A DNA stretch of 64,000 nt, from positions 55,997 to 119,996 of the forward strand of contig JBFIML010000007.1 of NCBI GenBank assembly GCA_041611735.1. The letters are read 5' to 3'. A model generated the notes under the pieces. That model did no database searches, was not told where the DNA came from, and worked only from the letters and a program-made list of their open reading frames with translations. The stretch comes from Myxococcota bacterium (lineage in GTDB: Bacteria; Myxococcota_A; UBA9160; PR03). Within the stretch, counting starts at the first letter, position 1. Every line of letters begins with the position of its first letter. A program made the translations under genes and the position numbers. This document shows, piece after piece, positions 1 to 14,289 of the stretch.

Positions 1-292
1 TCCACATGGCCAGGTGGGTGTGCAGGTCGATCCCGGCGGGCGGCTCGTCCAGCACGAGACGCAGCCGCTTGGCTTCGTCCAGCTCGAACCAGGGCAGCTC
101 GGCGAGGCCCCGGTAGCCGCGGAAGCGCAGCACGCCGTGGGGCCCGCGCCCGGAGCGCGCTGCCTCGTCGGCGCGCTGGCGGGCGAGCGCCGCCTCGTCG
201 GCCTCGCCGTAGTCGCCCTCGCCACAGCCCAGGGCGGAGCCGGCCGCCGCGGCGAAGGCGAGACGCAGCAGGTCCCGGCGGCCCAGCCGCAC
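1..292 (-). CDS. Partial (runs off the window edge) Tat-exported lipoprotein, amidohydrolase-family-like
   Basis: Not in the ORF track. Read manually from GTG at 292: MRLGRRDLLRLAFAAAAGSALGC...PPAGIDLHTHLAMW. Shows a twin-arginine RRDLL motif, a lipobox-like ALGC and an IDxHxH amidohydrolase metal motif. Lies 10 bp downstream of the acnA stop. Confidence 0.65.
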   Translation of the reverse strand, partial: MRLGRRDLLRLAFAAAAGSALGCGEGDYGEADEAALARQRADEAARSGRGPHGVLRFRGYRGLAELPWFELDEAKRLRLVLDEPPAGIDLHTHLAMW

Positions 293-302
293 CTCCAGGG
301 CC

Positions 303-3101
<2,799 letters not shown>

Positions 3102-3179
3102 GGTCCCCCTCCCGCGCCCGGCAGCGCGTCCGAGCCAAGAAGCTAGCCGAGCGGCGGCGCGACGCCGGCGGACGACGCC

Positions 3180-3857
3180 CTACAGCCAGGCGTAGGCGGC
3201 GCGCAGCGCCTCGCGGCCGCCGCTCTCGAGAACCTCGCCGTGGGTGAGGAGCACGCGGTCGAAGTCCCAGGCGAGCAGCCGGTCGATGGATCGGCGCAAG
3301 GCCGCGCGGTCGCGCACCAGGGAGCGCAGCATCCGGCTCGGCCCGAAGCGCTGGTAGGCGCCGTTCGCACGCAGGAAGAGCCGCGCGAGCAACGCGTCGG
3401 CGTGCTGGACGTTGAAGGCCAGGTCCGTGAGCACCAGCGTGCGCGTGGGCCGGTGCCAGAGCGCCACCTCGTTCAGGTACGGGATGCCCCGCACCAGGTG
3501 GGTCTCCAGCTCCCCCTTCCACTCCGGCGGCGGCTGGTCCTCGAGGAGGGCGTGGAAGGCCAGGTCGCTGCGCTTCTCCGGAAGCCCCGGGGCGCCCAGG
3601 CGTCGCGCGTCGGGATAACGCTCGGCCGCCTTCGCCAAGAACAGGTGGTGCACCCGGTTCGGCGCCACCAGGAAACGCACCGGGCCGAGGGCGTCCAGCC
3701 GTTGCCCGAGCTCCGCGTCCAGGGCCACGGGCGAGTGCAGCAGCAGGCCTCCGTCCGCCAGGCGCACCACGGTCATGCGCGTCCCGAGCGGGATGAAGCC
3801 GGCGGCCCGCAGGGTGCGCGTCTCGCTCCAGAGGCCCTGGCCGTGCTGGGTCCACAC
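3180..3857 (-). CDS. DUF4336-type metallo-beta-lactamase-fold protein
   Basis: TRMTVVRL..GGLLLHSPV, LVAPNRVHH, EVALWHRPTRTLVLTD and WDFDRV..HGE motifs. Confidence 0.75.
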   Translation of the reverse strand: MWTQHGQGLWSETRTLRAAGFIPLGTRMTVVRLADGGLLLHSPVALDAELGQRLDALGPVRFLVAPNRVHHLFLAKAAERYPDARRLGAPGLPEKRSDLAFHALLEDQPPPEWKGELETHLVRGIPYLNEVALWHRPTRTLVLTDLAFNVQHADALLARLFLRANGAYQRFGPSRMLRSLVRDRAALRRSIDRLLAWDFDRVLLTHGEVLESGGREALRAAYAWL

Positions 3858-3961
3858 GGCGGGAAGGCTCTCCGATCCGGAGGGCGAGCGTCAAGCGGGT
3901 CCGGCCCCGTCCCACCCGCGCTTGACGCCGCTTTCGAAGCCCCGTTAGCGTCTCGCTCGAA

Positions 3962-5098
3962 GTGACCGATTCCCCTCTGGAATCCGTGCGAGCGCGCTAC
4001 CGCCTGGCGGTGGGCGCCGAGGCCGCCGCCGCCCGCGCCGAGGCGCTGCGCTACGAGCAGACGGTGGAGCTCCCGCCCGAGGCGGTGAGCGACCCCTTCG
4101 TGGAGAAGGAGATCCTGCCGCGAGTCGAGGCGCTCGGGCCGGCCGCCGGCGGGGGCTTCGAGCTGGTGCTGGCCTACCCGCCCGGCGTGGCCCGCGCCGA
4201 ACCGGCGTCGCTCCTGGGAGTGCTGTTCGGGAACTGCTCGCTGCAGGACGACGTGTCGCTCACGGCCGTGGAGCTTCCGGAGCCCGTCTGCCGCGGCCTC
4301 GGCGGTCCGCGTCTCGGGAGCGCGGGCCTGCGGCGCCTGGCCGGCGTGCCAGAGGGCCCCCTCACCTGCACCGCGTTGAAGCCCGTGGGGCTCGCTCCGG
4401 ACGCCCTGGCCGAACTCTGCGCGGTCTTCGCCCGGGCAGGGATCCACGTGGTGAAGGACGACAACGGCCTGGCGGACCACCCCTTCTGTCCCTTCGCCGA
4501 GCGGGTTCGCGCCTGCCAGGCGGCGGTCGAGCGCGTCGCCCGGGAGACGGGTCGCCGCACGCTGTACGCTCCCAACGTGACTGGGAGCCCCGCGGCCGTG
4601 GCCCGGCAGATCGACCTGGCCGGCGCGCTCGGCGTACGCGCCGTGATCCTCGAGCCCATGCTGGTGGGACTCCCGCTCCTGCACGAGCTGGCGCGAGGCG
4701 AACGCGAGCTCGCACTGCTGGCGCACCCGTCCTTCGCGGGCGCGCCGCGCATCGCCCCGGAGGTCCTGCTCGGCACCCTGTTCCGGGCCTGCGGAGCCGA
4801 CGCCGTGATCTTTCCCCATGCCGGGGGCCGCTTCGCCCGCTTCGATCTTGCGACCTGCCGCCGCCTGGGCGACGCCCTGGTCGGCCCCACGGGCGGACTG
4901 CGCCCTGCCCTGCCGGTGCCGGGGGGCGGCATGGAGGTGGAGCGCGTGGAGGAGCTGCTGCGCTTCTACGGGCCCGACGTCATGCTGCTGGTGGGTGGGA
5001 GCCTGTACCGGGCGGGAGCGGCGCTCGGCGAGCGCACCCGGCGCTTCGTGGACGACGTCCGACGTGCGGCCCAGCGTCTGGCCCGGGAGGCGTCGTGA
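3962..5098 (+). CDS. RuBisCO-like protein (form IV), Rhodospirillum rubrum-type methylthioribulose-1-phosphate isomerase-like
   Basis: EQTVE, LFGN, ALKPVG, VVKDDNGL, LAHP, GADAVIFP, PVPGGGM and LVGG motifs; 378 aa; translationally coupled to a cupin. Confidence 0.88.
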   Translation: MTDSPLESVRARYRLAVGAEAAAARAEALRYEQTVELPPEAVSDPFVEKEILPRVEALGPAAGGGFELVLAYPPGVARAEPASLLGVLFGNCSLQDDVSLTAVELPEPVCRGLGGPRLGSAGLRRLAGVPEGPLTCTALKPVGLAPDALAELCAVFARAGIHVVKDDNGLADHPFCPFAERVRACQAAVERVARETGRRTLYAPNVTGSPAAVARQIDLAGALGVRAVILEPMLVGLPLLHELARGERELALLAHPSFAGAPRIAPEVLLGTLFRACGADAVIFPHAGGRFARFDLATCRRLGDALVGPTGGLRPALPVPGGGMEVERVEELLRFYGPDVMLLVGGSLYRAGAALGERTRRFVDDVRRAAQRLAREAS

Positions 5099-5538
5099 GG
5101 CCGCTCACCCGCCATCGCGGGGGCTTTCGCTGGGAGCACGTCCCCGTCCGGGCCTACAAGGGCGAGGGCACCCACTTCCGGGACGTGACCCGCCAGGTGC
5201 TCTTCGGGGCCGAGGCCGGCCTGGCCGGCGAGCTGCGTTACTTCGAGGTGGCGCCGGGCGGTCACACCACCCTCGAGCGGCATGCGCATCCCCATGCGGT
5301 GGTGGTGGTCCGCGGTCGGGGCCGCGTGCTGGTGGGCTGCGAGATCCACGACGTGGACCCGTACGATCTGGTCCACGTGCCGCCCCGAACCTGGCACCAG
5401 TTCCGGGCCGCCGACGACCAGGCGCTCGGCTTCCTCTGCCTGGTGGACGCTGCCCGCGACCGGCCCGAGCGCCCGGACGAGAAGCAGCTCGCGGCGCTGC
5501 GCCGCGAGCCGGTGCTGGCCGCGTTCCTGCGCGCCTAG
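5095..5538 (+). CDS. Cupin, methylthioxylulose-5-phosphate methylsulfurylase-like
   Basis: W..V.V.AYK..GT.F..VTRQVLF, LRYFEVAPGGHTTLERHAHPH, WHQFRA and LGFLCLVD..RDRP motifs; GTGA overlap with the RLP stop. Confidence 0.82.
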   Translation: MRPLTRHRGGFRWEHVPVRAYKGEGTHFRDVTRQVLFGAEAGLAGELRYFEVAPGGHTTLERHAHPHAVVVVRGRGRVLVGCEIHDVDPYDLVHVPPRTWHQFRAADDQALGFLCLVDAARDRPERPDEKQLAALRREPVLAAFLRA

Positions 5539-5586
5539 GCCCCGGGAGCACCACGCGGGCAGCAGTCGGGGTCCATGAGATGGCCT

Positions 5587-6609
5587 CTAGCCGAGCACCC
5601 GGCCGAGGACGCGCTCCACCAGCGCCGCCCCCAGCCACGACCCCACGCCCAGCATCACGTAGAGCGTGAAGCGCAGCAGCGTGGACACGTCGAAGGGCCA
5701 CTCGCGAACGTCCTCGACCAGCGAGCGGTAGGCGATCAGGTTGGCGAGGCGGGGGCTCTCGCGGCCCGGCGGCGCATCGAGCAGCCCCTCCCGGGCTTGC
5801 CGGATGGCTTCCGTCACGCGCGCCAGCTCGGCGCGTTTCACCGCGCGGATGCGCCCGTGCACGCCGCGCACCGGGAGGATCAGGGCCGCCACCGCGACTG
5901 CCAGGAGCGGCAGCAGCCCGAGGGCGTTGCTCCAGTGGGACTCGGGCCCCAGCCAGAAGGCCGCCATGATCGCGAACCAGATCGCCCACAGGAGCACCAG
6001 GCGCAGCCCGAAGCGCACCAGGGGCTGGAGCGGCCGCAGATCCAGCAGATCGATCTCGACCCATCGCTCGCCCACGCTGGAGAGGGCGCGCGCCGCGTGC
6101 AGGTGCGCAGTGAGGGCGCGGCCCACCAGCCAGCCGAAGAGCACGAGCCAGAACACGGCCCCCGGCGGGTAGGGGACGAGCACGACCGGCGCCATCGAGA
6201 AGCCGAGCACGAGCATCGCGAGCACCCCGCCACATCCCGCCAGGCGCAGCCGGCTGCGACCGACCCGAAGCGGCCACGCCAGGGCGTCTTCGACCTCGGG
6301 CCCCTGCTCCGGGATGGCCGGTCGCAGCGCGCCGGCCTGCCGCTCCGCGGCGCGCAGCCCCAGGGCCGCCAGGGTGAGCGTGTAGCCGAGCATGGCGGCA
6401 CGGATGCCGACCTCGGTCCAGCTCCCCGGCCCCCAGCGTGGGAGCGCGGCGAGGTCGACTTCGGCGATCACCCGGAGCATGGCCAGCCAGCCGGCGACGA
6501 ACCCCGCGGCCAGGGCGATCCCGAGCGCGGCGAGGCGGAGAGGATGGTCCCGGGCCACGCGGAAGGTCCAGACGCACGCCTCGGGCGCGACCGCCTCGAC
6601 GGTCGTCAA
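5587..6609 (-). CDS. Hypothetical multi-pass membrane protein
   Basis: About 6-7 hydrophobic helices and a C-terminal VREWPFD motif. Start estimated at TTG 6609; the upstream ORF extension overlaps the riboswitch and thiC. Confidence 0.6.
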   Translation of the reverse strand: MTTVEAVAPEACVWTFRVARDHPLRLAALGIALAAGFVAGWLAMLRVIAEVDLAALPRWGPGSWTEVGIRAAMLGYTLTLAALGLRAAERQAGALRPAIPEQGPEVEDALAWPLRVGRSRLRLAGCGGVLAMLVLGFSMAPVVLVPYPPGAVFWLVLFGWLVGRALTAHLHAARALSSVGERWVEIDLLDLRPLQPLVRFGLRLVLLWAIWFAIMAAFWLGPESHWSNALGLLPLLAVAVAALILPVRGVHGRIRAVKRAELARVTEAIRQAREGLLDAPPGRESPRLANLIAYRSLVEDVREWPFDVSTLLRFTLYVMLGVGSWLGAALVERVLGRVLG

Positions 6610-6802
6610 CCGGCTCGTGCCCCGCGCGCATCGCGCGTGTACCACCAGGCCCAGGCAACGAGGACCGCTTGGAACGGAAGCCGCACCCAGTTCCAGATCC
6701 CGAGTCCCTCCTGGGCGCCCAGCATGGGCAGGTCGTTCACCGCCACGTGAGCCTATCACCGCGGCTTGAGTGCCGAGCGGCGATCTCGTACGCTCTGCCT
6801 CG

Positions 6803-8760
<1,958 letters not shown>

Positions 8761-8767
8761 GTTCTGC

Positions 8768-9646
8768 CTAGATGCTCTCGCTCACGCCCGGCTCGAACAG
8801 CGGGCGCATGGCGAAGCGGGCCACGTCGGCCCGCAGGGCTGCCTCGGCGGGCGCCTCCGGCGGCGCGCTGGCGGCCTCCAGGGTGGCCAGCAGCAGGCTG
8901 GCGTCGCTCGAGCTGACGAGGAACACGCCGGGGCGAGCCAGCACGAAGTGCACGGCGCGGCGGATCGCCTGGGGATCGCGGAGCGGCTCGTACCAGCTGA
9001 AGCGACGGGCGGGCTCCCCGGTCCAGCGCCGGCGGGCCACGGCCTTGATGGTCTGGACCGCGACGTCCCGCTCGCGGCACGTGGCCAGCAGGGCCTCGAA
9101 GTCCGCCCGGTAGGTGGGCTGTGCCAGCATCGGGTAGTTGCAGGGCAGCAGGACCGAGTCGAAGGGGAAGCGCTCGAGGCTGCGCCGGTGCATGGCCGCG
9201 ACCCGGGTGCCGTGGCCCGTGACGCCCAGGAAGCGCACCAGCCCCTGCTCGCGGGCCTCCACCAGGGCCTCCAGGGCGCCCCCCGCTCCGAGGGCCGTCT
9301 GCCAGTCCGCCTCCTCCACCAGATTGTGGAGCTGGAGCAGGTCGATGCGGTCCACGCCGAGGCGTTCCAGGGAGCGGTGCAGGCTCTCGCGCGCGCCCCG
9401 ACGAGTGCGCTCGCCGGTCTTGGTGGCCAGGAAGAAGCGCTTCCGGTGCGCCCGCAGCCAGGGCGCCAGGCGCAGCTCCGATTCGCCGTAGGCGGCGGCC
9501 GTGTCCAGGTGGTTCACGCCCTGCTCGAGCAGGAGCTCGAGCAGGGGGTCGGCCTTCTCCTGGCGCATGGCGGCGAGGGCCGCCGCGCCGAAGATCACCC
9601 GGGAGCTCCGGTGGCCGGTCCCGCCGAAGGGCTGGCGCTCGAGCAC
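8768..9646 (-). CDS. Aldo/keto reductase
   Basis: [42 protein letters not shown] and [11 protein letters not shown] start with GGAGG RBS. Confidence 0.88.
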   Translation of the reverse strand: MLERQPFGGTGHRSSRVIFGAAALAAMRQEKADPLLELLLEQGVNHLDTAAAYGESELRLAPWLRAHRKRFFLATKTGERTRRGARESLHRSLERLGVDRIDLLQLHNLVEEADWQTALGAGGALEALVEAREQGLVRFLGVTGHGTRVAAMHRRSLERFPFDSVLLPCNYPMLAQPTYRADFEALLATCRERDVAVQTIKAVARRRWTGEPARRFSWYEPLRDPQAIRRAVHFVLARPGVFLVSSSDASLLLATLEAASAPPEAPAEAALRADVARFAMRPLFEPGVSESI

Positions 9647-9781
9647 GGGCAGGACCTCCGCGCCCGAGGATGACGCGTCGGGCGCGGAGGAGCACCCACT
9701 TCCGGAGCCGGGGTCAGCGTGCACGGCAGGTTGTCCGCATCGCTTCCCACCCTGCGGGAGCTTCCGCAACAGCGGCTGCGC

Positions 9782-10111
9782 TCAGGGCTTCCGGCAGCGG
9801 TAGACGTCGAAGACCTGGCGGCCCTCCACCCGGGGGCCGGCCGCCACCACCGTGTCGCCCCCCATGTCCGCCGCCTCGTTGCGGGCCAGGTTCTGGAGCT
9901 CCTGGCTCATCTTGCGTTCCGTGCGGGCGAAGATCACCACCCGGTCCGCCGTCTTCGAGGTGGTGCGTCCGAGCTTCTGGCACTCGGCCACCGCCGCCGG
10001 CCGCGCCACCCGCACGTCCTCCCCACCGCTGGTGAGCGGCACCCAGGTGCAGGCCAGCAGCGTCCCCGCCAGCAGCCCCGCAGCCCCGCAAAGAGGGCTC
10101 CTCCGATGCAT
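9782..10111 (-). CDS. DUF4156-type small lipoprotein
   Basis: Lipobox LLAC, then WVPLT.GG..V, CQKLG, ARNEAA.MGGDTVV and VYRC; AGGAGG RBS before ATG 10111. Confidence 0.75.
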   Translation of the reverse strand: MHRRSPLCGAAGLLAGTLLACTWVPLTSGGEDVRVARPAAVAECQKLGRTTSKTADRVVIFARTERKMSQELQNLARNEAADMGGDTVVAAGPRVEGRQVFDVYRCRKP

Positions 10112-10276
10112 CGTCCTCCTCCCTTCGGCTGGGCGGCGAACTCGGGCGGGACTCCGGGCGCACCGGACCGTGCGCCCCGTGTTCCCGGGGCAAGGGTACC
10201 AGCGGGCACGGCCGCGCACCGCGGTGGAAGCAGCCGTCCCTGGCCCGGTCCGGGCGCTGGCCTAACCTCCGGCGCC

Positions 10277-10942
10277 GTGGCATCCCAGCCTTCTCCCCTG
10301 CCCCCCGCCCGCCTCGAGGTGCCGGGGGCCTCGGGGCCGGCGACCCGGCGCGGCCCCCTGCGGTGGCTCTACGCCTGGGTGCTCGGCTGGGCCGACACGC
10401 GCTACGGCACGCCTGCCCTGGCCGGGATCTCCTTCGCCGAGAGCAGCGTCTTCCCGATCCCACCGGACGTGCTCCAGATCGCACTCTCCATGGCGCGACC
10501 GCGGCGGTCCTTCTTCTATGCAGCCGTGAGCAGCGTCGCCTCGACGCTGGGCGCCCTGGCCGGCTGGGCGATCGGCGCGGGCCTGTGGAGCGCGGCCTCC
10601 GGCCTGTTCTTCGTCTGGATGCCGGGCGTGACGCCGACGGCCTTCGCCCACGTCCAGGACCTGTATCGGGAGAACGCCTTCCTGGCCATCGTGACCGCCG
10701 CCTTCACGCCGATTCCGTTCAAGGTCTTCACCATCGCGTCGGGGGTGTTCGGCGTCACGCTGCCCACGCTCGTGTTCGCCTCGGCGCTCGGCCGCTCCGG
10801 GCGCTTCTTCGGCGTGGCCACCTGCATCTTCTGGTTCGGCCCGGGCGTAAAGCGACTCCTGGACCGCTACCTGGAAGTCGCGACCGTCGTCCTGCTGGGC
10901 ATGGCGCTGGCGGGCTTCTGGCTCGTCCACCGGCTCGGCTGA
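10277..10942 (+). CDS. YqaA/DedA (VTT-domain) membrane protein
   Basis: LYAWVLGWA, SFAESSVFPIPPD and AAFTPIPFKVFTIASG; start estimated. Confidence 0.85.
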   Translation: MASQPSPLPPARLEVPGASGPATRRGPLRWLYAWVLGWADTRYGTPALAGISFAESSVFPIPPDVLQIALSMARPRRSFFYAAVSSVASTLGALAGWAIGAGLWSAASGLFFVWMPGVTPTAFAHVQDLYRENAFLAIVTAAFTPIPFKVFTIASGVFGVTLPTLVFASALGRSGRFFGVATCIFWFGPGVKRLLDRYLEVATVVLLGMALAGFWLVHRLG

Positions 10943-10944
10943 GC

Positions 10945-11334
10945 GTGGTCGTCGCACGCCCCGCCGCCCTGCTTCGGTCCGCAGGAAGGCGCCGCATCCT
11001 CGCGGCGGCGGCCCTCGCCCTGGCCTGCGCGGGCCCGCCTCCCCACTCCGAGCTCGCCTTCGTGACCACCCGGCCCCAGGCCGTGCGCGCCACGCTGCTG
11101 CGCCCGGGAGTCCAGGGCCGCTGGTGCTTCCACGTGGATCTGATCACGGCCTCGCTGCGCCCGCCCTGGCGGGCGCGGCTCGCGGACCACGGCATGGCGT
11201 TGCGACGCGCCATCGAGAGCGTTCCGGGAGCCGACGTGCTGGTGAACGCTTCGGTGGACGTACGCGTGGAGCAGTACCTGCTGTTCCAGCGCATCTGCGC
11301 CGTGGTGAGCGGCGACGCGGGGCGTGTGGAATGA
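10945..11334 (+). CDS. Small putative lipoprotein (TRL/YbjQ-like fold)
   Basis: RRR plus hydrophobic stretch plus ALAC lipobox; G.WC...AIE..PGADVLVN...C.VV.G pattern; start estimated. Confidence 0.55.
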   Translation: MVVARPAALLRSAGRRRILAAAALALACAGPPPHSELAFVTTRPQAVRATLLRPGVQGRWCFHVDLITASLRPPWRARLADHGMALRRAIESVPGADVLVNASVDVRVEQYLLFQRICAVVSGDAGRVE

Positions 11335-11639
11335 GGCGGCTCGCGGGCCTGGCGCTCCTGCTCCTGCTCGCCACGGGCTGCGCCACCTACCATCGCGGCC
11401 GCCTGGCCGCCGCGTCGTCCGTGGCCCTGCCAGTGGCGATGCGGGCGCTCGGCCCGAGCGTACGCGGGGTCTCGTGCGGCCAGTGGAGCGGCCGCCGCCT
11501 GCAAGCCGCGGTCGAGGACGCCTTGCGCCAGGCGTCCGGGGCCGACGCGCTCGTGGACGTCAGCTTCCACTTCGAGCGCCTCTGCCTGGTGGTGCGGGGA
11601 ACGCCGGTCCAGCTGCCCGCGCCGGCCGAGGTGCGCTAG
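11331..11639 (+). CDS. Small putative lipoprotein, apparent paralogue of the upstream gene
   Basis: MRRLAGLALLLLLATGC signal and lipobox; G.SC...AL..ASGADALVD...C.VV.G pattern; ATGA overlap. Confidence 0.65.
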   Translation: MRRLAGLALLLLLATGCATYHRGRLAAASSVALPVAMRALGPSVRGVSCGQWSGRRLQAAVEDALRQASGADALVDVSFHFERLCLVVRGTPVQLPAPAEVR

Positions 11640-11694
11640 CTCCCCGTCGCGACGGTCCGCGGGCTGCTAGTGTCCGGGATCCGGGAGCGCTGCC

Positions 11695-12471
11695 ATGTCC
11701 GCCCAGCACTTCTGCACCGCCGAGCGAGACGGCCGCCTGCTGACCGTCACGATCTGCCGCCCGGAGGTGCGCAACGCCCTGCATCCGCCCGCCCATCACG
11801 AGCTGGCCGCGGTCTTCGACGCCTTCGAGGCGGACGCAGACCTGTGGGTGGCCATCGTGACCGGCGCCGGCGAGGCCTTCTGCGCGGGACAGGACCTCAA
11901 GTGGCTGGCGGAAGGCGGCGCGCCGGAGGTTCCGCCGTCGGGCTTCGGCGGGCTCACCGCACGCTACGACCTGGTCAAGCCGGTGATCGCCGCCGTGGAC
12001 GGCGTGGCCATGGGCGGGGGCTTCGAGATCGCCCTGGCCTGCGATCTCGTGGTGGCCTCCGAGCGGGCGCGCTTCGCACTGCCCGAACCCCGGGTGGGCC
12101 TGGCGGCCCTGGCCGGCGGGATCCACCGCCTGCCGCGCCAGATCCCGCTCAAGCACGCCATGGGCATGCTGCTCACCGGGCGCAGCGTGGACGCGGCCGA
12201 GGGTGTGCGCCTCGGCTTCGTGAACGAGGTCGTAGCCCCCGAGGAGCTGCTCCCCGCCGCGCGGCGCTGGGCGGAGGCGATCCTCGCCTGCGCGCCCCTG
12301 TCCGTGCGCGCCACCAAGCAGGCGGCGCTCGGCGGCCTCGACGCGCCCAGCCTGCGCGCCGCCCTGGAGGGTCACTACGAGCAGCTGCGGGCCATGGTGC
12401 GCAGCCGCGACTTCCGCGAGGGGCCGCGCGCCTTCGCCGCGAAGCGCAAGCCGAGCTGGGAGGGCCGCTGA
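11695..12471 (+). CDS. Enoyl-CoA hydratase/crotonase family protein
   Basis: [38 protein letters not shown] and FALPE. Confidence 0.92.
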   Translation: MSAQHFCTAERDGRLLTVTICRPEVRNALHPPAHHELAAVFDAFEADADLWVAIVTGAGEAFCAGQDLKWLAEGGAPEVPPSGFGGLTARYDLVKPVIAAVDGVAMGGGFEIALACDLVVASERARFALPEPRVGLAALAGGIHRLPRQIPLKHAMGMLLTGRSVDAAEGVRLGFVNEVVAPEELLPAARRWAEAILACAPLSVRATKQAALGGLDAPSLRAALEGHYEQLRAMVRSRDFREGPRAFAAKRKPSWEGR

Positions 12472-12509
12472 GGCGACGTCGACGCCGGGGCCTCCGCCTG
12501 CGGCGGGCC

Positions 12510-13163
12510 GTGGCGGGCGTCGTCCTCGCGGCCGTCGCGCTGAGCGCGCTTCCCACCCTCGCCCTGCGCTGGCTCCCGCCCCCGGCCACCTCCTTCATGG
12601 TCCAGCGCGCCCTGGAGCGCCGCGAGCCGGTGCTCTACGCCTGGCGCGACTGGCCGGCGATCGCTCCGCCCCTGGGACTCGCCGTGGTGGCCGCCGAGGA
12701 CCAGCGCTTCCCCGAGCACCGGGGCTTCGATTTGGTCTCCATCAGCGACGCCCTCGCGGAACGCGAAGCGGGCGGCCACGTGCGGGGCGCCAGCACCATC
12801 ACCCAGCAGGTGGCCAAGAACCTCTATCTCTGGCCGGGACGGAGCTGGGTGCGCAAGGGGCTGGAGGCCTGGCTGACGCTCTGGATCGAGCTGCTCTGGC
12901 CGAAGCGCCGCATCCTCGAGGTCTACCTCAACGTGGCCGAGTTTGGCGACGGCGTCTTCGGCGCCGAGGCGGCGGCCCACACCTTCTTCGGCAAGCGCGC
13001 CGCGGAGCTGGGGCCGGACGAGGCCGCACTCCTGGCGGCGGTGCTCCCCAATCCGCACCGCCTGCACGCCGACCGCCCTTCGGACTACGTGCGGGGTCGG
13101 GCCGCCGAGATCCGGGGCGCCATGGAGCGCCTGGGCGGGCTCGCCTGGCTGCGAAACCTGTGA
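12510..13163 (+). CDS. mtgA: Monofunctional peptidoglycan transglycosylase
   Basis: [44 protein letters not shown] and LPNP; start could be slightly upstream (about 12468). Confidence 0.92.
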   Translation: MAGVVLAAVALSALPTLALRWLPPPATSFMVQRALERREPVLYAWRDWPAIAPPLGLAVVAAEDQRFPEHRGFDLVSISDALAEREAGGHVRGASTITQQVAKNLYLWPGRSWVRKGLEAWLTLWIELLWPKRRILEVYLNVAEFGDGVFGAEAAAHTFFGKRAAELGPDEAALLAAVLPNPHRLHADRPSDYVRGRAAEIRGAMERLGGLAWLRNL

Positions 13164-13212
13164 GACGCTCTCGGCGCTCTCGGGCTACCTTGGGAAGGCG
13201 ACGGAGGGAACC

Positions 13213-14217
13213 ATGTCCGACGTCCACCGCATCTTCGGCGCCGAGGTCTCACCCTACTCGGTGAAGGTCCGCTCCTACTTGCGCTACAAGGGGATCCCGC
13301 ACCGGTGGATCGTGCGGAGCCTCGCCACCCAGGCGGAATTCCAGAAGTACGCGAAGCTCCCGCTCATCCCCCTGGTGGTGACGCCCGAGGAGCGGGGCCT
13401 GCAGGACTCGACGCCCATCCTCGAGACGCTCGAGGCGCGGCACCCGAAACCCGCGCTCCAGCCCGAGGACCCGACCCTCGCCTTCCTCTCGACGCTGCTG
13501 GAGGAGTTCGCCGACGAATGGGGCAACAAGTGGATGTTCCACTACCGCTGGGCGCGCAAGGTGGACCAGGACTCGGCCGCGGAGCGCATCGCCAAGACGA
13601 TGGCGCCGGGCCTGGCGGGCGCGGAGCTGGCCAAGATGGCGGCGGGCGTGGCGCAGCGCATGGTGGAGCGGGTCTGGTTCGTGGGCTCGAGCGAAGCCAC
13701 CGCCCCCCGGATCGAGGCCTCCTACCGGGAGGCGCTGGAGCTCCTGGAGAAGCACCTGGCCGCCCACCCCTATCTCTTCGGCCAGCGTCCGGCCCTGGCG
13801 GACTTCGGCCTGTCCGGTCAGCTCTTCTGCTGCTCCACGGACCCGACCCCGGGTCGCATCCTGCGCGAGCACGCGCCCTCGGTGGCCGCCTGGGTGGAGC
13901 GCATGCTCTCGCCCGGCGCCGCCAACGGCTTCGCCACCTGGGAGAGCCTCGCCGCCACCCTGGAGCCCCTGCTGGCCCGCCAGGTGGGCCGCCTCTTCCT
14001 GCCCTGGTCCGATGCCAACGCCCGGGCCATCGCGGCGGGCCGGGAGGAGTTCAGCGTGACGCTCGATGGAGCGCCCTGGACGCAGAAGCCCCAGAAGTAT
14101 CACGCCAAGTCCCTGGCGGAGCTGCGCCGGAAGTACGCGGCGGCAAGTCCCAACGCCGCCCTCGACGCGATCCTGGAGCGCACCGGCTGCCTGCGCTGGC
14201 TGCGTCCGGCCTCCTGA
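13213..14217 (+). CDS. Glutathione S-transferase family protein
   Basis: SPYSVKVRSYLRYK, LIPLV, LQDSTPI, EEFADEW and PALADF; GGAGG RBS. Confidence 0.85.
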   Translation: MSDVHRIFGAEVSPYSVKVRSYLRYKGIPHRWIVRSLATQAEFQKYAKLPLIPLVVTPEERGLQDSTPILETLEARHPKPALQPEDPTLAFLSTLLEEFADEWGNKWMFHYRWARKVDQDSAAERIAKTMAPGLAGAELAKMAAGVAQRMVERVWFVGSSEATAPRIEASYREALELLEKHLAAHPYLFGQRPALADFGLSGQLFCCSTDPTPGRILREHAPSVAAWVERMLSPGAANGFATWESLAATLEPLLARQVGRLFLPWSDANARAIAAGREEFSVTLDGAPWTQKPQKYHAKSLAELRRKYAAASPNAALDAILERTGCLRWLRPAS

Positions 14218-14289
14218 CCCTCGCTGCGTCCAGCGCGTGGTAGATTCTCGCGCTCGCGCCCCGTCCGGGGCCGGACCCGGAGGATCCGC

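Noticed and set aside
3962-5098. Carbon-fixing RuBisCO
   Set aside because: Too short, lacks KDDE and other form I-III signatures, has no cbbS or prk nearby, and has the cupin partner typical of RLPs.
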